From an uncultured cyanobacterium (GTDB taxonomy: Bacteria; Cyanobacteriota; Cyanobacteriia; Cyanobacteriales; CAWCAG01), in assembly GCA_963803805.1 (NCBI GenBank), contig CAWDOD010000004.1:320001-384000 (forward strand): a stretch of 64,000 nt of DNA, written 5' to 3'. Below, piece by piece: positions 61,369 through 64,000 of the stretch. Both the position numbers and the translations under genes were made by a program. How positions within the stretch are numbered: the stretch's first letter is position 1; each line of letters begins with the position of its first letter. Below the pieces are notes generated by a model. That model had not been told where the DNA came from, searched no databases, and was given only the letters and a program-made list of their open reading frames with translations.

Positions 61369-62550
61369 TCAACCTTTAACACAAACTACTTGCCTTAAAG
61401 TAGCAACAACCTCCACTAAATCCTTTTGCTGCTTCATCACCGTTTCGATGGGCTTGTAAGCCCCAGGAATTTCATCTAAAACTCCTCCATCTTTACGGCA
61501 TTCGACGCCTTCGGTTTGCTTAACCAAATCATCCACAGTAAAATTCTTTTTCGCCTTAGTACGAGACATCAAACGCCCTGCACCGTGGGAACAGCTACAG
61601 TAGCTGTCATGGTTGCCTTTACCCTTAACGATATAGGATTTAGCCCCCATAGATCCGGGAATAATACCATAGTCTTCTTCCCTAGCACGGACAGCACCTT
61701 TGCGGGTAACGTAGACTTCTTCGCCAAAGTGAACTTCTTTCTCAGCGTAGTTGTGGTGGCAGTTAACAGAAAGCAAAGGCTTAGTCGGTTTGCCCCCGGC
61801 TAAGTATTGTTCCACAATCGCCTTAAAACGCTTCATCATCACATCGCGATTGTAACGGGCATAATTTTGCGCCCATTGTAAGTCTCGCCAGTAAGCAGCA
61901 AATTCAGGAGTCCCTGCTACAAAGTAAGCAAGATCGCGATCTGGTAAAGAATTGCCAGCTAGTTTTGCTAACTCTTTAGCGGTTTCAATGTGGCATTGTG
62001 CCAACTTATTGCCGATATGTCGGGAACCAGAGTGCAACATTAACCACACTTGGTCTTCTGTGTCAAGACATAGTTCAATAAAGTGGTTGCCACCGCCAAG
62101 GGAACCCAATTGTTTCAGGGCTTTCCCGTCTAAACTTTTTACTCCAGGATGCAAGTCTTTAAAGTCTTGCCATCCTTGCCAATTAGTTACGGTTTTGTCA
62201 GTTTCTTTATTTTGGTTAAAACCAACGGGAATAGCCGCTTCGATATCTTGGCGAATTTTCTTCAGTTTACCTTCCAATTGTTCAGCAACAAAAGGGGTTT
62301 TAATAGCCGCCATACCACAACCAATATCAACTCCTACCGCCGCAGGAATGACAGCTTCTTTGGTAGCAATAACGGAACCAACCAAAGCCCCTTTACCAAG
62401 ATGAACATCTGGCATTAAGGCAACGTGCTTAAATACAAAGGGCAGAGAAGCAACATTCTTAGCCATTTTGGTTTCCTGGGAACCAAGGCTATGATCTGCC
62501 CAAGAAAGCACTGGTTTTTGTGTAGATAAGTTTAGTTGTTCGTAGGGCAT
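61369..62550 (-). CDS. rtcB: RtcB-family RNA ligase
   Basis: MPDVHLGKG, GVDIGCG, LGGGNHFIE, HSGSR, HHNY, RKGA, PGSMG, SHGAGR, DEIPGAYK. Confidence 0.96.
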   Translation of the reverse strand: MPYEQLNLSTQKPVLSWADHSLGSQETKMAKNVASLPFVFKHVALMPDVHLGKGALVGSVIATKEAVIPAAVGVDIGCGMAAIKTPFVAEQLEGKLKKIRQDIEAAIPVGFNQNKETDKTVTNWQGWQDFKDLHPGVKSLDGKALKQLGSLGGGNHFIELCLDTEDQVWLMLHSGSRHIGNKLAQCHIETAKELAKLAGNSLPDRDLAYFVAGTPEFAAYWRDLQWAQNYARYNRDVMMKRFKAIVEQYLAGGKPTKPLLSVNCHHNYAEKEVHFGEEVYVTRKGAVRAREEDYGIIPGSMGAKSYIVKGKGNHDSYCSCSHGAGRLMSRTKAKKNFTVDDLVKQTEGVECRKDGGVLDEIPGAYKPIETVMKQQKDLVEVVATLRQVVCVKG

Positions 62551-62695
62551 GGCTAAATCGCCTCTTTTATTTCATCATTGGCTTTATACTACATGAATAT
62601 TACAAAAGCGTCAAGGATGATAGAGATAATTTTCTTGATTAGGATATGTGGGGCGATCGCATCTGAGAATTAAACTTGAAGGGAACAAGTTTTTC

Positions 62696-63067
62696 TTAAA
62701 TTGTTACTGTTTTCAAACCAATCACTTGCACTTCGTTGATTTGTAATAGTTGTTGATCATTGCTTAATAAAGTTGCTCCATGTTCCCAGGCACTCGCTAA
62801 AATAATTGCATCGGGAGTTTTAAGCCGATATTTACGACGTAACTGAATCGTTTTTTCGGCAATAGTTGTATTTATGGAAATTTGGGATAAGGTTTTGAGG
62901 CTGGTACGGATTAGTTGTTCTTCATCTTGGGATAAGCTACTGAAAGAAAGTATCTCAATTTGCGTAATAATGGAATAACCTAAGTTACCCTCTGGGATTG
63001 GTTCGGCTAATTCTCCATTGAGTAATAAGATAAAAATATTAGTATCAATTAGGTAATCGAGTCTCAT
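62696..63067 (-). CDS. vapC: PIN-domain (VapC-like) toxin
   Basis: LIDTNIFI, TQIEIL, KTPDAIILASA, LLSND. Confidence 0.9.
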   Translation of the reverse strand: MRLDYLIDTNIFILLLNGELAEPIPEGNLGYSIITQIEILSFSSLSQDEEQLIRTSLKTLSQISINTTIAEKTIQLRRKYRLKTPDAIILASAWEHGATLLSNDQQLLQINEVQVIGLKTVTI

Positions 63068-63401
63068 CCCATTCGTTTCTTATTTGTTGTTGCCAAGCTA
63101 CAGAATTGATATTTTTAAATGCTTTTACTTTGCCTGCAAGTTTATTGATTTGGTGGGGCTGTGCCGCTAGCTTAAGTTTTGGGGTAAAACTCTCTCCATC
63201 AATTGGAGGTACTTGTTCTGAGGCAGCAACAGCAGCTTGAATTTTTTCTCTAACAGACAAACTCCACTCGCTTTCGGCACGTTCGTATTCTTCCAACAAA
63301 CGAAGGGCAATCTCGATAACTTGCTGTGTAGATTGGTATTTACCCGTTGAGATTTTGGTTTGGATGAAGTTTTGTTGGGCTGGGGTTAAAGTTATTTTCA
63401 T
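63045..63401 (-). CDS. antitoxin with ParD-like RHH N-terminus
   Basis: MKITLTPAQQNFIQTKISTGKYQSTQQVIEIALRLL; overlaps the PIN gene start. Confidence 0.78.
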   Translation of the reverse strand: MKITLTPAQQNFIQTKISTGKYQSTQQVIEIALRLLEEYERAESEWSLSVREKIQAAVAASEQVPPIDGESFTPKLKLAAQPHQINKLAGKVKAFKNINSVAWQQQIRNEWDETRLPN

Positions 63402-63468
63402 AATTTAGAAAGTTTGCTTTACTTATATTTGCTATTGTGCGATCGCCTCTAATTGCTTCTTTTCCCAC

Positions 63469-64000
63469 TTACGATTCATATTCAATCAGAGATTTTACCC
63501 ATTCTCTAAACTCCCGCATCGTTTTATTTCTTCCCTGTTGCTTAACCTTTTGTAAATACTCCGGAATCACTTCAGTTAAGGGAAAACCAGGAAAGTGAGG
63601 GCTAAAAGCTACCTCAATATAGCCACCTTCTTGTAGCTGATAAATCTTCAACTTTCCTTTTTCAAAACGCCATAATTCCCCAACTCCTAAAGCTTCATAA
63701 ATCTGAGGATGGGTGCGAGAGGTAATATCAATTTCTAAGGCTAAATCTGGTGGGGGATCAACGGTTAAATCTAAGCGATTTTTACTCCGAATAGCCGCTT
63801 CATTTTCGATATAAAAACAATCATCTGGTTCTATTCCTTGCTGCATTAGTTCATTTTTAAATGTCGTTGAACCCAAAGGATAAAACTCTATATCTAATTC
63901 TTCTAGTAATGCTTTAATAAAGTCTCCAACAAAAACTTTATTAACTTCATGTTCAGGTAAAGGGGTCATGATTTCTAATTTTCCCTGATCATAAGCAATT
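63469..64000 (-). CDS. Uma2-family endonuclease (5' end outside window)
   Basis: LGSTTF, EPDDCFYI, PPPDLALEIDITS, YEALGVGELWR. Confidence 0.92.
   Translation of the reverse strand, partial: IAYDQGKLEIMTPLPEHEVNKVFVGDFIKALLEELDIEFYPLGSTTFKNELMQQGIEPDDCFYIENEAAIRSKNRLDLTVDPPPDLALEIDITSRTHPQIYEALGVGELWRFEKGKLKIYQLQEGGYIEVAFSPHFPGFPLTEVIPEYLQKVKQQGRNKTMREFREWVKSLIEYES

Overview
Cyanobacterial chromosomal DNA: AT-rich, with many HIP1 GCGATCGC octamers and heptameric STRR-type repeats. Housekeeping genes include crtP/crtB, ABC transporters, plsC, a MurT-like ligase, nblB, a CpcS-family lyase, photolyase, sat, dcd, intein-containing thyX and rtcB. Accessory content includes two STAND/WD40 proteins, xisH/xisI, a plasmid/island-like cassette (about 9.0-14.4 kb), a decayed P450/Rieske operon, the baseplate half of a contractile injection system (23.7-32.4 kb), a tandem pair of membrane ATPases, a PIN toxin-antitoxin pair, and many IS remnants and MITEs. 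The top candidate for an undescribed system is in the 9-13 kb cassette. Its P-loop ATPase ORF has no plausible start codon of its own and lies in the -1 frame of the upstream putative DNA-binding gene. The overlap holds all three parts of a -1 programmed ribosomal frameshift signal: an internal SD-like GAGGGAG, an in-phase C_CCA_AAG heptamer, and a GC-rich structure 6 nt downstream. This predicts a 195-aa product plus a 464-aa HTH-ATPase-transmembrane fusion. Several conserved genes (dcd, photolyase, the DUF4159-like gene, the first WD40 gene) carry single-base indels that may be assembly errors, so every frameshift call needs read-level checking. All family assignments come from motif recognition; no database search was run.
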